Positions 1-12,671 of a DNA stretch of 37,794 nucleotides are shown piece by piece. The stretch is from contig NW_021835892.1 in the NCBI RefSeq assembly GCF_006345805.1, positions 1-37,794 of the forward strand, in the 5' to 3' direction. Each line of letters starts with the position of its first letter. The first letter of the stretch is position 1. The stretch is from Octopus sinensis (taxonomy: Eukaryota). The position numbers were made by a program, and so were the translations under genes. The notes below the pieces were generated by a model. The model was not told where the DNA came from. It was given only the letters and a program-made list of their open reading frames with translations, and made no database searches.

Positions 1-129
1 GATGTCAAAATACAAACATGTTATCAGTTCGAATATGCTTCAAGCATATCCAAACCCTAAGGAAAATCATTCACTGGACATTTTCGTCTTGGAAAATGTG
101 TCAGTTCGCAGCGTCTGAATTTCCGCTGT

Positions 130-177
130 CTGTCGCTGAAGACAAGGAAACCACTCCGAAATGCACGCATTGCACAG
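130..177 (+). ncRNA. Degenerate hammerhead-like motif
   Basis: CUGAAGA (136-142) ... GGA-AACCAC-UCC | GAAAUGC-AC-GCAUU | GCACAG; stem I only partly pairs. Confidence 0.35.
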
Positions 178-671
178 TCTGGTTAAGGTAGTGTAAGAAC
201 TGATTTGGTGTATTTACACCTATTTGTCTACAGTGAGGAATTTTCTTACGGGTTTCTTACGAGTTCGAATATGCCTCAAGCATATTTGAACTGCTCACTG
301 ATTTGTGTTTATACACATCACTGCTTGGCGCTGTCAGCCCGTATTTTACGAATTCAGTCTATAAAAGAGAGCAAACTTTTAAAACAGCGCCCCAGCGGGT
401 TGCTCATGATTACTGTGCTCTAGGCGAGTGACTTTAACCTTTACACTAATAAGTGTTTCTGATTTCAGTACAAAGCCAGTATTTTCGACTTCTGTACTTG
501 ATATGTTCCGCATTATAACGACGTATTTCATCGACTGTGTGACTGACCCGTACGGCGTACTTCGCTGATTGACCCTGTTTGCTGTGTCTGTCCACAATTT
601 ATCAGTAGTGGAACAGCCCACTTCTCACTTGGGGGTGTCCTCCACAGCACATCACCCTTTGAGATATTTTT

Positions 672-1197
<526 letters not shown>

Positions 1198-1825
1198 GAT
1201 TGTGCGTAATTCTTCCATTTAGACACCCCTACGAGGGTTCGTAACCTCGTTACAACTATTATAACGACACCGTTATAGAGTGGGAAGTATCCCCGTCGCC
1301 ACTGCTTTGTCCCACATTATGACGACGTATTTCATCTTCTGGGTGACTGGCATGTGCGGCCAACTTCACCGACTGACACTGCTTGCTGTGTATATCCACT
1401 ATTTATCAGTAGTGAAACAGCCCAATTCCCACTCGGGGATGTCCGCCACAACAGTACTTAACCAGTACTTTATTCTATCGATCTCGGGTGGGTGAAAAAT
1501 AAATTTAACAACAATAAAATTTGAACTTAAAACTTTAAAGAATAAACGGTAAGTTCGGTCTAATGATAGCAAAATTAAACCACGTCGTAGTGGTCGACCT
1601 ACACTTGCTATAGTGAACAAGTGTCTGGTGCATTTGCACATTAGTTTACGTTAAACAATGATAAGTTCGGAAGAGCAGCGTTATGGCGAGAAATATATTT
1701 TGGCGCTGGATAAATGCTTTAAGGGGCATTTTTCAAGCTGCAACATACTTAGAAGGAACATTGTTAAAACATACATACATACATACATACATACATACAT
1801 ACATACATACATACATACATACAGA

Positions 1826-2035
1826 TCGCCATGTTGAATCGCTAGCTTCTGCACGCATTTTTTTTCTCTCCTTGTTTCTCTCCGTGTTTCTTTTCTGTGT
1901 ATCTTTCTGTTGAAGAGCGTAGGCTCGAAACGTAAAAGACTTGTTTTATTTATATTCCTGAGCGCCATACAAATACAATTGTTTGTTTGTACTCCACCTG
2001 TCTTCGTCTTTTGTTTATTTTCATAAAGCTTCCCG

Positions 2036-2036
<1 letters not shown>
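1826..2036 (+). mobile_element. PLE pseudo-LTR-like fragment with hammerhead-like motif
   Basis: Homologous in inverted orientation to 7085-7290; contains the motif at 1902-1939. Confidence 0.65.
1902..1939 (+). ncRNA. Minimal type I hammerhead-like motif, A6U variant
   Basis: UCUUU | CUGUUGAA | GAGC-GUAG-GCUC | GAAACGUA^ | AAAGA; palindromic ACGU stem III. Confidence 0.55.
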
Positions 2037-2066
<30 letters not shown>

Positions 2067-2092
2067 CATACATAAATACATACATACATACA

Positions 2093-2123
<31 letters not shown>

Positions 2124-2386
2124 CCATTACCGTTACTTCTACATCTTGTCTTCATGGCGTATTATAGCCATAATATGTACATAGTCTATGTACATTTATA
2201 TTTCTTCCATTTACTTGTGTCATTTTTGTTTTCATTGCCGTCGTTTACGTCGCTCGCTCATGAACAATATTATCATTAAGGGGCTGAAACTGTTATGATT
2301 TTTGCATGACAACTGACGAAGGAGAGATCTTGTCCACGTCTTGTGTGCGAATTTTCCGCGTGTATGCAACATTTGAATATAAATAA

Positions 2387-2434
<48 letters not shown>

Positions 2435-2521
2435 CAACAATTGAGGGTAAAATTAATTAATTTAATCAGTTTCACAAGTGTTCAGTATGTAAAGGGACCA
2501 TTATAGGCGAATTCAAAATAT

Positions 2522-2718
2522 TACATTATATATAAGGGCTTAGTAAAATAAATTACTTTGCCACATACTGAACTCATAGAAATAGCAGCTAAAGAAATTT
2601 CTTCAGCTATTTCTAATACTTAAAGAAGTATTAGAATAGCTGAAGAAATTTTTTAGCTGCTATTTCTAATGAGTTCAGTATGTGCAAAGTAATTTATTTT
2701 ACTAAGCCCTTATATATA

Positions 2719-2723
<5 letters not shown>
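2522..2723. repeat. ~200-bp foldback palindrome
   Basis: Arms TACATTATATATAAGGGCT...AATACTT / AAGTATT...AGCCCTTATATATAATGTA, 4-nt loop at 2622-2625, about four small indels or mismatches. Confidence 0.92.
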
Positions 2724-2790
<67 letters not shown>

Positions 2791-2838
2791 TGTTGTATGT
2801 ATGTATCCATGCATGTATATGTATATGTGTATATATAT

Positions 2839-2875
<37 letters not shown>

Positions 2876-3210
2876 TGTATGTATGTATGTATGTGTGCGT
2901 GTGTATGTATGTATATCATGTGTTTATCACCTCGCATTTCCCTTAATCTGCATTCCAGAATTGGTAATTTGGTAATTTAAGTATGAATATTTCAAGGCAT
3001 TCTTTAGGGATTTTTCGTATTTTCATTTATAACCCTAAACATTCAAATTTTTCCACAATTAACACTTTATTCAGCATTTTAGAATTCTAAAGATTTAATG
3101 AATTTGCAAACTACGTATTCATCTATTTTCTTTTTATTTCTTTTTCACAACTCTCAGAATACTCCAATTCCAATTTGAAGACTTGGAGGGCAGTCTGTAA
3201 AGAAACGATT

Positions 3211-3535
3211 TATACATACATACATACATGCATACATACACGCACGCATGCATACATACATACACACACGCACGCACGCACGCATACATACATACATACA
3301 TACATACATACATACATACATACATACATACATACATACATAGACACACGCACGCATGCATGCATACATACATACATCATACATGCATACACACACGCAC
3401 GCATGCATGCATGCATACATACATACATACATACATACATACATGCATACATAATACATACATACACACACGCACGCACGCATGCATGCATACATAAGTA
3501 CATAAGTACATACAAACATGCAAACATACATACAT
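3211..3535. repeat. Degenerate (TACA)n/(CACG)n compound microsatellite
   Basis: Direct reading. Confidence 0.93.
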
Positions 3536-3882
3536 AGAGACAGAGAGACACACGGACAGATTTGTAAGATTCATTGTGAATATATGCACACACTATTGAG
3601 TGTGTCTACATGGACACATCTAAAGTATAATTGTGCACATACATATATGCACATACACGCATAAACGCCGAAGTACTACAAAAGCATGTTCACACGGAAC
3701 ACAGATGCTTTCACCTGCGTAGACCACGTCAACTACATATTCACAAATCCCGGGAACTGTCTTAACAGAATACGTCTTATCCGTTTGTTAGCGACCGGTT
3801 TGAAGTCCATGAAGAACTTAAATAAAATTCAAAGTAAAACATATACACATATAGCTAGATAGAGACGCAGGCAGGCAGTTAT

Positions 3883-3884
3883 AA

Positions 3885-3973
<89 letters not shown>

Positions 3974-3988
3974 CAAACAGACATATGA

Positions 3989-4019
<31 letters not shown>

Positions 4020-4046
4020 TATAGATAGATAGATAGATAGATAGAC

Positions 4047-4127
<81 letters not shown>
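3883..4127. repeat. (GATA)n microsatellite at the 3' end of LINE copy 2
   Basis: Direct reading; a few GACA variants. Confidence 0.97.
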
Positions 4128-5810
4128 TGTTTCTTTATTAGCCACACAGGGCTGCACAAAGACGGGACAAATTACAAGGTAGAGCTTTTCTTTTGGGGAT
4201 AAAGAAGGGGGTTTGGTTTTCGATCAAAAGACTCGTAAAAAGAAAGAGGAAAGCAAAAAAATGGGGAGGGGAATAAAAATAAAAATAAAAATAAAAAAAT
4301 CGATCAATAGGGATCGTTATCACAGAAATGTCAATATAAAGTGTAAATAGGAGGAAAGGTGAGGTTTACCCGTGGAAAGAAAAGCCTACAGAAAAGACCA
4401 CGGTAACCTCGGTCAATGAAGTCACATGTTATATTTCTTCTTTTTTTTTGCAAATAAGCAACTCTCTGTATTAATTTTTACGGTTCATAGAATCATAGTC
4501 AAGGTGGCTTCGTCATTCATACGTGTCATCCTTGCTACATTCACCCATCTTTTTTTTAAACATTCACTAGACAAAACTTGCCTCTCTACTCTCACTCTCC
4601 TCTTCAAGTGATACTTGAAGAAGTTGATGAGAGATTGACCAGAGAGGAAAGTGTTTGTCTCCAGTCCTTTCAGACGCGTCCACCAGATACATTCTTTCGC
4701 CATAGCCACAAGTATGGTAAAAATTGCTCTTCCTTCCCGTTTGAAGGAAAGAGGGATGACGATATTAACGATAGACTCGGCTGATAAACCGACACGTCCC
4801 ACACGTGACAGCAGTCGTTTGACATAAGCCCACAGGTCGGAGATTGTTAGACACTGCACGAGTGCTGGCAGAACGGTTTCGTCGCTCTGACCGCATCTCG
4901 GGCAGGTCGGCCCCGTGTTTCTCGAGCCATGCCTATAGAGCTTATACCGAACGGTTAGCGCTTCTCGGTAGCACTGCCAGGCCAGGAATCTCTGGAAGTT
5001 GTCCATAGGTCCCGGCCCGAAGGTCGTGTCAAACAGGCGGGTCAGGTATTCCTCGTCGACGCCCAGGTTCGCTCAAAGATCCTCGTCGTACCTCCCCTCC
5101 ACTAATCCCCTATAGAATGCTTTGGTTGTGTTGAAGTCACTCAAGGTCGACCCGGGACGGCAGAGTTGCTTGAGAGCAACGCGACACTCGCGGTGCCATT
5201 CGCCCTTCCTCGGCCTCTTTTTGATCCACGACTGCAGTTCGGTCATGGCGACGAGCTGCGGGAAGGCGTGCCTCACAAACGGCGACCACACCTGTTCACC
5301 GTCGTCTACATAGAGCCGGAGATGTCGCAGTCTCAGCGCGTGTCTGCGCATCATCAACCACGGCATGCCCAGTCCTTCTTTTAACGGGTGTTGACAGCAA
5401 ACGGATGGCCTGACCATCGGGACGCATCCTTTCCACAGGAAGCGGAAGAGAATGCGTTCTAGTTTGGTGATGGTAGGGTCGGGAAAATGTACGACGGTCA
5501 GGCGGTAGTGGATGATGGACGCGATGTACGTGTTCGCCACCTCGCCCGACCTTTTAGGGACAGTTTCCTCTCGGCCCATTGCCGAGCGAGAGTGTCCACC
5601 CTACTCGTTATCTCGTTCCAGTTCTTCTCCAAACAAATCTGGCATACAACTGTAAAGCTCGTAGGGTAGACCATCCAGACCCGGCGATTTGTCCCTCGAG
5701 CATTCTGCCATCACCTCCTGCACTTCCGCCGCCGTGATGGCACCTTCGCAGCGCCCTGCCTCTCTTGTCGAGAGTCGTGGTGGGCTGTGTAGGCAGGCAC
5801 TGAAGTACAC
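4128..5810 (-). mobile_element. 5'-truncated, internally deleted copy of the same Tx1-like LINE
   Basis: Aligns to copy 1 from about 24990 to the 3' end. Lacks ~867 bp (copy-1 23947-24813), has an in-frame TGA at 5073-5075, and has AATAAA at 4134-4139 (minus). GATA arrays lie directly on both sides. Confidence 0.92.
4485..5806 (-). pseudogene. ORF2 remnant (pre-RT linker fused to post-RT and CCHC regions)
   Basis: [11 protein letters not shown] motif, then a jump to [11 protein letters not shown]-equivalent sequence. C-terminal CPRCGQSDETV and TLTMIL*. RT core absent. Confidence 0.88.
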
Positions 5811-5958
<148 letters not shown>

Positions 5959-6221
5959 GCGAGGAATAAATTATATTGCTTGCAGTATATTTCGAATACA
6001 TTTATTTTAATTGACTCTATCTCCGGAGACCGAGCACTATCGTGACATTATCGATAATTTATATCTTTGCATATGTGACAGATTAAATTTGGAATTTAGA
6101 TTCTTCTTAACGAAGAAGAGCACCATTGATATTAATTTATATAAGTATATAATTAATCTCTGTGTGATGCGTCTGTAAATATACACAAGCACACACACAC
6201 ACACACGCACATATACATATA

Positions 6222-6386
6222 GGCGCAGGAGCGATGGTGTGGTAAGTATCTTGCTTACCAACCACTTGGTTTCGGGTTCAGTCCAACAGTGTGGCACCTT
6301 GTGCAAGTGTCTTCTACTACTATAGACTCGGGCCGACCAAAGGCTAGTGAGTGGATTTGGCAGAAGGAAACTGAAAGAAGCCCGTC

Positions 6387-6463
<77 letters not shown>

Positions 6464-6676
6464 GTATATGTTGTGTTGTCTGGTTTGTCCCCCAACATCA
6501 CTTGACAACTGATACTGTATGTTTACGTTCCTGTAACCTTGCTGTTCGGCAAAAGAGACCGATAGAATAAGTGCTAAGGTTACAAAGAGTAAGTCCTGGG
6601 GTCGATTTGCTCGACTAACGGTGGTGCTCCAGCATGGCCGCAGTCAGATAACTGAAACGAATAAAAGAATAAAAGG
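6222..6676 (+). mobile_element. tRNA-derived SINE family A (CORE-like), full length with internal (TA)n
   Basis: Head GGCGCAGGAG..TGTGGTAAG...GGTTCAGTCC, body CACCTTG.GCAAGTGTCTT, central microsatellite, tail ...GGTGCTCCAGCATGGCCGCAGTC...AATAAAAG. At least seven related copies in the window. Confidence 0.85.
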
Positions 6677-6827
6677 ATAAATATGTATATATATAAGTTC
6701 AGTAAAAATTTAGATTCAAATGAATATGGTACTTAATTTAGATGCCCCAGAATTTTTTATGGTGTTATCCACAAAAATTTGTGGGGCGATTATAATCAAA
6801 ATAAGCAACAAGAATGACTCCGGTAAT

Positions 6828-6913
6828 TTGGTACAATCGTTTCGTACTACATTATTTTATTAAATGTTGTAAGTATTACAACAGATTTAAGATGCTGAGT
6901 ACTCATCAGCCAA
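6828..6913 (-). ncRNA. Type I hammerhead ribozyme, canonical core
   Basis: UUGG | CUGAUGA | GUACU...AGUAC (long branched stem II) | GAAAC-GAUU-GUA^ | CCAA. All conserved core nucleotides present. Confidence 0.8.
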
Positions 6914-7045
6914 TTATAGAGGTTTTCCATTAATACAAAAGTTTTCAAATCAAGTGGCAACATTATAGAGAAGGTAGATATACAGAGAAAGATGTGGATT
7001 TAAATTTTAAGAACATATGAGTTAGTGAAGTCGTTCCACTGACTC

Positions 7046-7084
<39 letters not shown>

Positions 7085-7290
7085 AAGGGAAAGTTTACGA
7101 AAATAAACAAAAGACGAAGGCAGGTGGAGTACAAACAAACAAATGTATTAGTATAGCACTCAGGGATAGAAAGAGTCTTTTATGTTTCGAGCCTACGCTC
7201 TTCGACAGAAAGATACACAGAAAAAACAAGGAGAGAAACAAGGAGAGAAAAAATGCGTGTAGGAGCTAACGATCTATCATGGCGTCCTGA
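7085..7290 (-). mobile_element. PLE pseudo-LTR-like fragment with hammerhead-like motif
   Basis: Homologous to 1826-2036; contains the motif at 7176-7213. Confidence 0.65.
7176..7213 (-). ncRNA. Minimal type I hammerhead-like motif, A6U variant (second copy)
   Basis: UCUUU | CUGUCGAA | GAGC-GUAG-GCUC | GAAACAUA | AAAGA; CpG-type change in stem III. Confidence 0.5.
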
Positions 7291-7389
7291 TATATATATT
7301 TATGTATGTATGTATATATGTATATATGTGTATATATGTGTGTGTGGTGTGTGTGTGTGTATACTGAAACGAATAAAAGAATAAAAGGT

Positions 7390-7437
<48 letters not shown>

Positions 7438-7591
7438 ATTATATATATATATATAATATAATATAGCAAATATTTAGATTCAGATGAATTAGATACTTAA
7501 GTTGAGGCTCCAGAGTTTAGTAAGGTATTATCCAAACAGTTTCAAAATAAGGAGGTTAAAATCAAAGAAGCAACAGGATATCCAGAGGCAA

Positions 7592-7682
7592 TGCAGTACG
7601 ATCGTTTAAAGCGACTACATTTAATTGAACTGATGTAATGAACCATTACATCAGTTTAAATGCAGACCAATCCTCAACTGCA
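7592..7682 (-). ncRNA. Degenerate inverted copy of the 7859-7944 hammerhead
   Basis: UGCAG | UUGAGGA ... UAAAC-GAUC-GUA | CUGCA; core mutated. Confidence 0.5.
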
Positions 7683-7858
7683 TAAGTACTTACAATTAAA
7701 TAGAATTTAAACAGCTGGCCACATTAGTATAATTTTACCTAAAACCTCCAAGAAGTTAAGGAGGTACACAAAGGTCATGATGTCTTCACTTCAGCTTAGA
7801 AGGTAAAATTATACTAATGTGTCCATCCGCATTAATTTAACTTAATTCTATATATTTA

Positions 7859-7944
7859 TGTAGCTGAGGATTGCTCTGCATTTAAATTGATATAATGGTT
7901 GCTTTGTTCAATTAAATGGTGTCGCTTGAAACGATCGTACTGCA
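7859..7944 (+). ncRNA. Type I hammerhead ribozyme with extended stem II
   Basis: UGUAG | CUGAGGA | long imperfect stem II | GAAAC-GAUC-GUA^ | CUGCA. Confidence 0.68.
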
Positions 7945-8105
7945 TTATTTCTGTATATCCTGTTGCTTATTTTGATTACATATATATATATATATATATA
8001 CGCGCACACTCACACACACATACACATACAAACACACACATACATATACACAATCACTCACAAATACACGCACGCACTCACTCACACACACATACATACA
8101 CATAT

Positions 8106-8267
8106 GACGGGCTTCTTTCAACTTCCGTCTACCAAATGCTTTCACAAGGCTTTGGTCAGATTGAGGCTAATGTTGAAGATACTTGGCCAATGTTCCACGC
8201 AGTGGGACTGAATCCGGAATCATGTAGCTGGGAAGCAGACTTCTTACCACACAGCAACGCCTGGGCC
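8106..8267 (-). mobile_element. SINE family A, 5' half
   Basis: Reverse-complement match to 6222-6388. Confidence 0.78.
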
Positions 8268-8329
8268 TATGTGTATACACACAGAGAGGAACACTCACTC
8301 ACACACACTCACACACACATTCACACAAG

Positions 8330-8479
8330 ACGGATTTCCACCAAACAAATCCATTCACAACCCTTTGGTCGACTCGGCGTTATAGTAGAAGTCGCCTTCC
8401 AAAAGTGCCGCCTAGTGAGACTGAACCTGGAACCACATGACTGCAGAATGAGTTTCTTAACGACACGGACACGCCCATG
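8330..8479 (-). mobile_element. SINE family A, degenerate 5' half
   Basis: Diverged reverse-complement match to the family A head and body. Confidence 0.65.
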
Positions 8480-9344
8480 TAAATATAGAAATGAAGGCAA
8501 ATTACTAAAACGAAAAAAAAAGACTAATATTATATTTTAATTTCTCTATATTGTTGTGTTTTATTTTCATTTATTTACTTGCTTTCGATTTTTTTTTTTT
8601 CCAAATTTTTACGAAGCTCAACTTTAACCATATTCTAGGCTGCTCGGAAGTTGCAATTCTGTGATAATGAATATTTCCGGAAAAACTGAAAACTATCAAC
8701 ATTTTTTTAACGCAATTTGACCAAAATATATCGAATCCATATGATTCTGTATATTTAAGGCATTAATAAACCCACATAAAAACCGAATACAGCTGCTAAT
8801 ATTTTCTCTATTAAATCTTTAATCGTTCCTCCTATATACACTTGATGTAATTTCATTCATAATGCAGAAAAAAACAACATAAATATTAAGTAAAACGCAA
8901 AATGATTTTTTAAAAGTATCCTACGCTCTCTAATTAATGAAAACAAAATAAAGCGAATGAAAGCTCTCCATAGGAATAATAAAATAGATCATTTCATGTA
9001 TTAATTAATATTAATGAGAAAGTTTAACACCTATATTTTCTTAGCAATAAATGGGAGCAAAAACAATTTTAGGAATAAATTAGCATCAGATCTTATGTAC
9101 TTTCAATGCGTAATTCTTTATTATTTCTTAAAAATTCACGTGGCAATTAATGGCCAATAGCGTCGTCCGTCTTCTTTTCGCCAACTCGGCTGGCCGGTTA
9201 TTGGTTTAGTGTATCTATGTGGAAAGCAATGAAAGAAGGGAGTATTTGGAACTCGGCACAGAACAAATATTCGCAATAGAGTGCGTTTGAAGAGCAACAT
9301 TTTCGAATTTGATGACGATGTTTGAATCCTTGGTTTATATACAT

Positions 9345-9539
9345 TCTTTTCTACTTTAGGCACAAGGCTCGATAATTTGGGGGAGAGAGGGTCAGTCGAT
9401 TAGGTCGACACCAGTACGCAACCGGAACTTAATTTATCAACTCCGAAAGGACGAAAGGCAAAGTCGACCGCGGCGGAATTTGAACTTACAACGTCAAGAC
9501 AGACGAAATACTGCTAAGTACTAACGTCTCTGCCAGCTC
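9345..9539 (-). mobile_element. tRNA-derived SINE family B
   Basis: Minus strand GAGCTGGCAGA.ACGTTAG (A-box region), GTTCAAATTCC (B-box-like), GTCGACTTTGCCTTTC body; matches 12343-12554 and 35280-35610. Confidence 0.78.
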
Positions 9540-9560
9540 ATTAACAAAAGCTATATACAT

Positions 9561-9603
<43 letters not shown>

Positions 9604-9682
9604 TGCATACAGACAGACAGACATGCAGACATACATGCATGCATACATGCATACATTCATATATGCATACATAAATACATAT

Positions 9683-9931
9683 CGGTGAAAAAAAGAGAAC
9701 ACCTATGCTGAACTATTGAGAAATCTGCAGCTACTCTATCCGGATTACAAGCTCAGGTTTATACCTATAATTATCGGGCCCCTCAAATATGTAACACACT
9801 GCCTAAATACCAATCTTGAGAAATTATGCTCCTCAAAACCAGAAAGGAGAAGGTTAATTCGAAGACTACAGATCCACTCCATCACTGGAACTGTAAAAAT
9901 CTGTAAAACTTTCCGGAAGTTTATCATTTAA
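9683..9931 (+). mobile_element. 3' fragment of a restriction-like-endonuclease LINE (R4/Dong/NeSL-like)
   Basis: TYAELLRNLQLLYPDYKLRFIPIIIG...LQIHSITGTVKICKTF.KF* resembles the C-terminal tail of RLE ORFs (K.Y..L...PI.IG.LG...LQ....GT..I). The PD-(D/E)xK core itself is not present. Confidence 0.62.
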
Positions 9932-10085
9932 ATATATATGAGCATGTCTACATATGCAACTACATGCATGAGAATACATACATGATGCAAAATATACAAA
10001 TATACACATATACATACATACATACATACATATATACATACATACATACATACATACATACATACATACATACATACATACATAC

Positions 10086-10116
<31 letters not shown>

Positions 10117-11058
10117 CATACATTCATACATACATACATACATTTATGTCGTTAATGTTAAAATTCCAATGAAAGAACCTTAGATCTAGATTAGAAACCG
10201 GTCCTTTCTTTATTGGCAAGAATTCTTGAAATAAAACTGAAGAATGGCATACATAGTTACATATAGGTACATATATATATACACAGATTGATATGTGTGT
10301 GTGTATAGTTTAAGTTCATTTACGGGAAACGTTTTTGTGTACGCATATCCAGCCTTAGGATTATTTGTATTACTATTACAATATAAACGTGTATGGGTGT
10401 ATATATATATACATTCAGGCTTAGATATATAGATACTTAGATTGTTATGCATATAAATATACGCACACGCACATATGTGTGTGCTTGTGTCTGTGTTCTT
10501 GTGTCTCTGCGTGTGTGTACGCGCCTACAGTCGATATTAGTGATATGATCAAAACTATCTTATCAAGGTATTTATGTATATGTATGTGTCTGTATGTATG
10601 TACTTGTGTGTGTCTGTAGGTGCGTGTGTATGTATGTCCATGTGTGTATGTGTGAGTAGACAGTACAATTTTACAGGAATAACGTTTATTAGAGTCTGTA
10701 TACAATGAAAGGGAATCAACACACACATTCAGATGATAGCAACAAGAAAAAGGAGCAAGTTAAACAGACGTTGGATACAAGGACAGTAATATCAGTTATG
10801 AAAAGCATTTAAACCTATACATTAAAAGGGGCAAAGGTCAATGGTGCTAAAAATAGTTTAGGGGACAGAAACCATAATCAGGTGGCGATTGTACTTCCAG
10901 GCTTTATTAATGATGAACTCCCCTCCCAAATATAGCAATAAATAGGAACATACATCCATACATTCATATACACATACATTCACACACACACACACACACA
11001 CATGCAGATATATGCGTGAGTATATACATATAAATATATATATATATACTTATATACT

Positions 11059-11102
<44 letters not shown>

Positions 11103-11161
11103 CATACACATACATACATGTTCATATATATGTGTGTGTGAGTGGGTGGGTGTGTTGGGGT

Positions 11162-11203
<42 letters not shown>

Positions 11204-12342
11204 TTGGGAACCTAACACCCAACACACCCCATCCCCCAGTCTGAATACGTCAAACAATTTACCCTTCTCTACTTAATATATTTTATGACTCTCAAAGCCT
11301 ACTACACCCATTCTTTATCAAATTTCAGATCGGCATCATAGACATTATCCTGAAATATCATTTCCACCCCTGTCCCCTTTAAACACCTTACAAAGCCAAC
11401 CTCCATCCACCTATACTTTTGTCACTGTTATAAATCTATAAAAAAATGTTCATCTAATTTATCTATTCTAATTTCTTCCTTACAATAATTACATCTCCAT
11501 ACATGCTACCAATTCCTTAGTTCTCATCTATCGATTATTTGGTCCCCAGATGTTCTTGCTTCTAACCCTCAGTACATACTCATCAGAATCACAAAATTAC
11601 TGCTCCTCAGGCATCAATCAATTTTATATTTTTCTTGCACTTTATGTGTCCTGCTTATTTACACAACTGAATCTATGTAGTTGCTTATAGCGCCGCTCTC
11701 TAATCATTCGTATATGCATTTCTGTACATTGTAGGGGAAGTGCTTGCATGCATGTGTGTATGTAAGTATATGTATACATACATGCATACGTACATACATA
11801 TAAAGAAAAGCTTGGGTTTACAGAAAAAGAAATCAACCAGCTAGTTGGCACATTTCAAATACTATCATTGAGCGGAAAAGTAAAAATCTTCAAGACATTT
11901 CTCAAGTTCAAACTACGACGTTCTTTTTTAGATTTACATTCGAACGATGATGTTTTGTATCTTTGTTTCGAAACCAGCCCCTTACATAAAGGAAGAATTC
12001 AAATAATTTATAGTTGAAAAAGAAAAACAAACAAACATATATACAAACATATATACACACAAATACATACACATGGACACATATACACACATGTGGTTTC
12101 AGATTCAGGCAAACGATTAGCAATTTTTATGTGAGGATGTCAGTCGATATCATTAACCTAGTATTTCGGGGGGTACTCTATATTATCGACCCCGAAAGGA
12201 TGAAATTAAAAATCAACCTCAGCAATTAATACAGACAATACAATAATTATCTATAAGTACTACAAACCATAGAGTGAGTTAGGTTCCAAAAGTGGCCCCC
12301 TCAGTGTATTCGCTTCATATCATACATTTCAATAACACTGAT

Positions 12343-12554
12343 TTCAAATCTTAGCACAAGGCCAGTAATTTCGAGGGTGGGAGGAGGATAGTCGATTACA
12401 TCGACCCCAGTGCTCCACAAGTGCTTATTTTATCGACATTGAAAGATAAAAGGCAAAGTTGACTTCGGCAGAATTCGAACTCAGATCGTAAAGATAAACG
12501 AAATAGCGGTAAGCATTTCGCCTGACGTCCTAACGCTTCTGCCCACTCGCTGCC
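12343..12554 (-). mobile_element. SINE family B
   Basis: Same body (AAAGGCAAAGT.GAC.TCGGC.GAATT.GAACTCAG). Partial copies also near 1465-1530 and 12155-12225. Confidence 0.78.
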
Positions 12555-12671
12555 TTATCGATCATCAATAGTCAATAACACTGAACTATTAAGTTAGATT
12601 GATCAGAACTGTACCAGTGCTGATCAATCCTTGGTTCCATTAACAGCATTTTTGTTTTCGCTTTTGCATTT

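Noticed and set aside
9136-9205. CACGTG plus two CCAAT/ATTGG boxes suggesting a promoter
   Set aside because: Short motifs expected by chance; no linked transcription unit visible.
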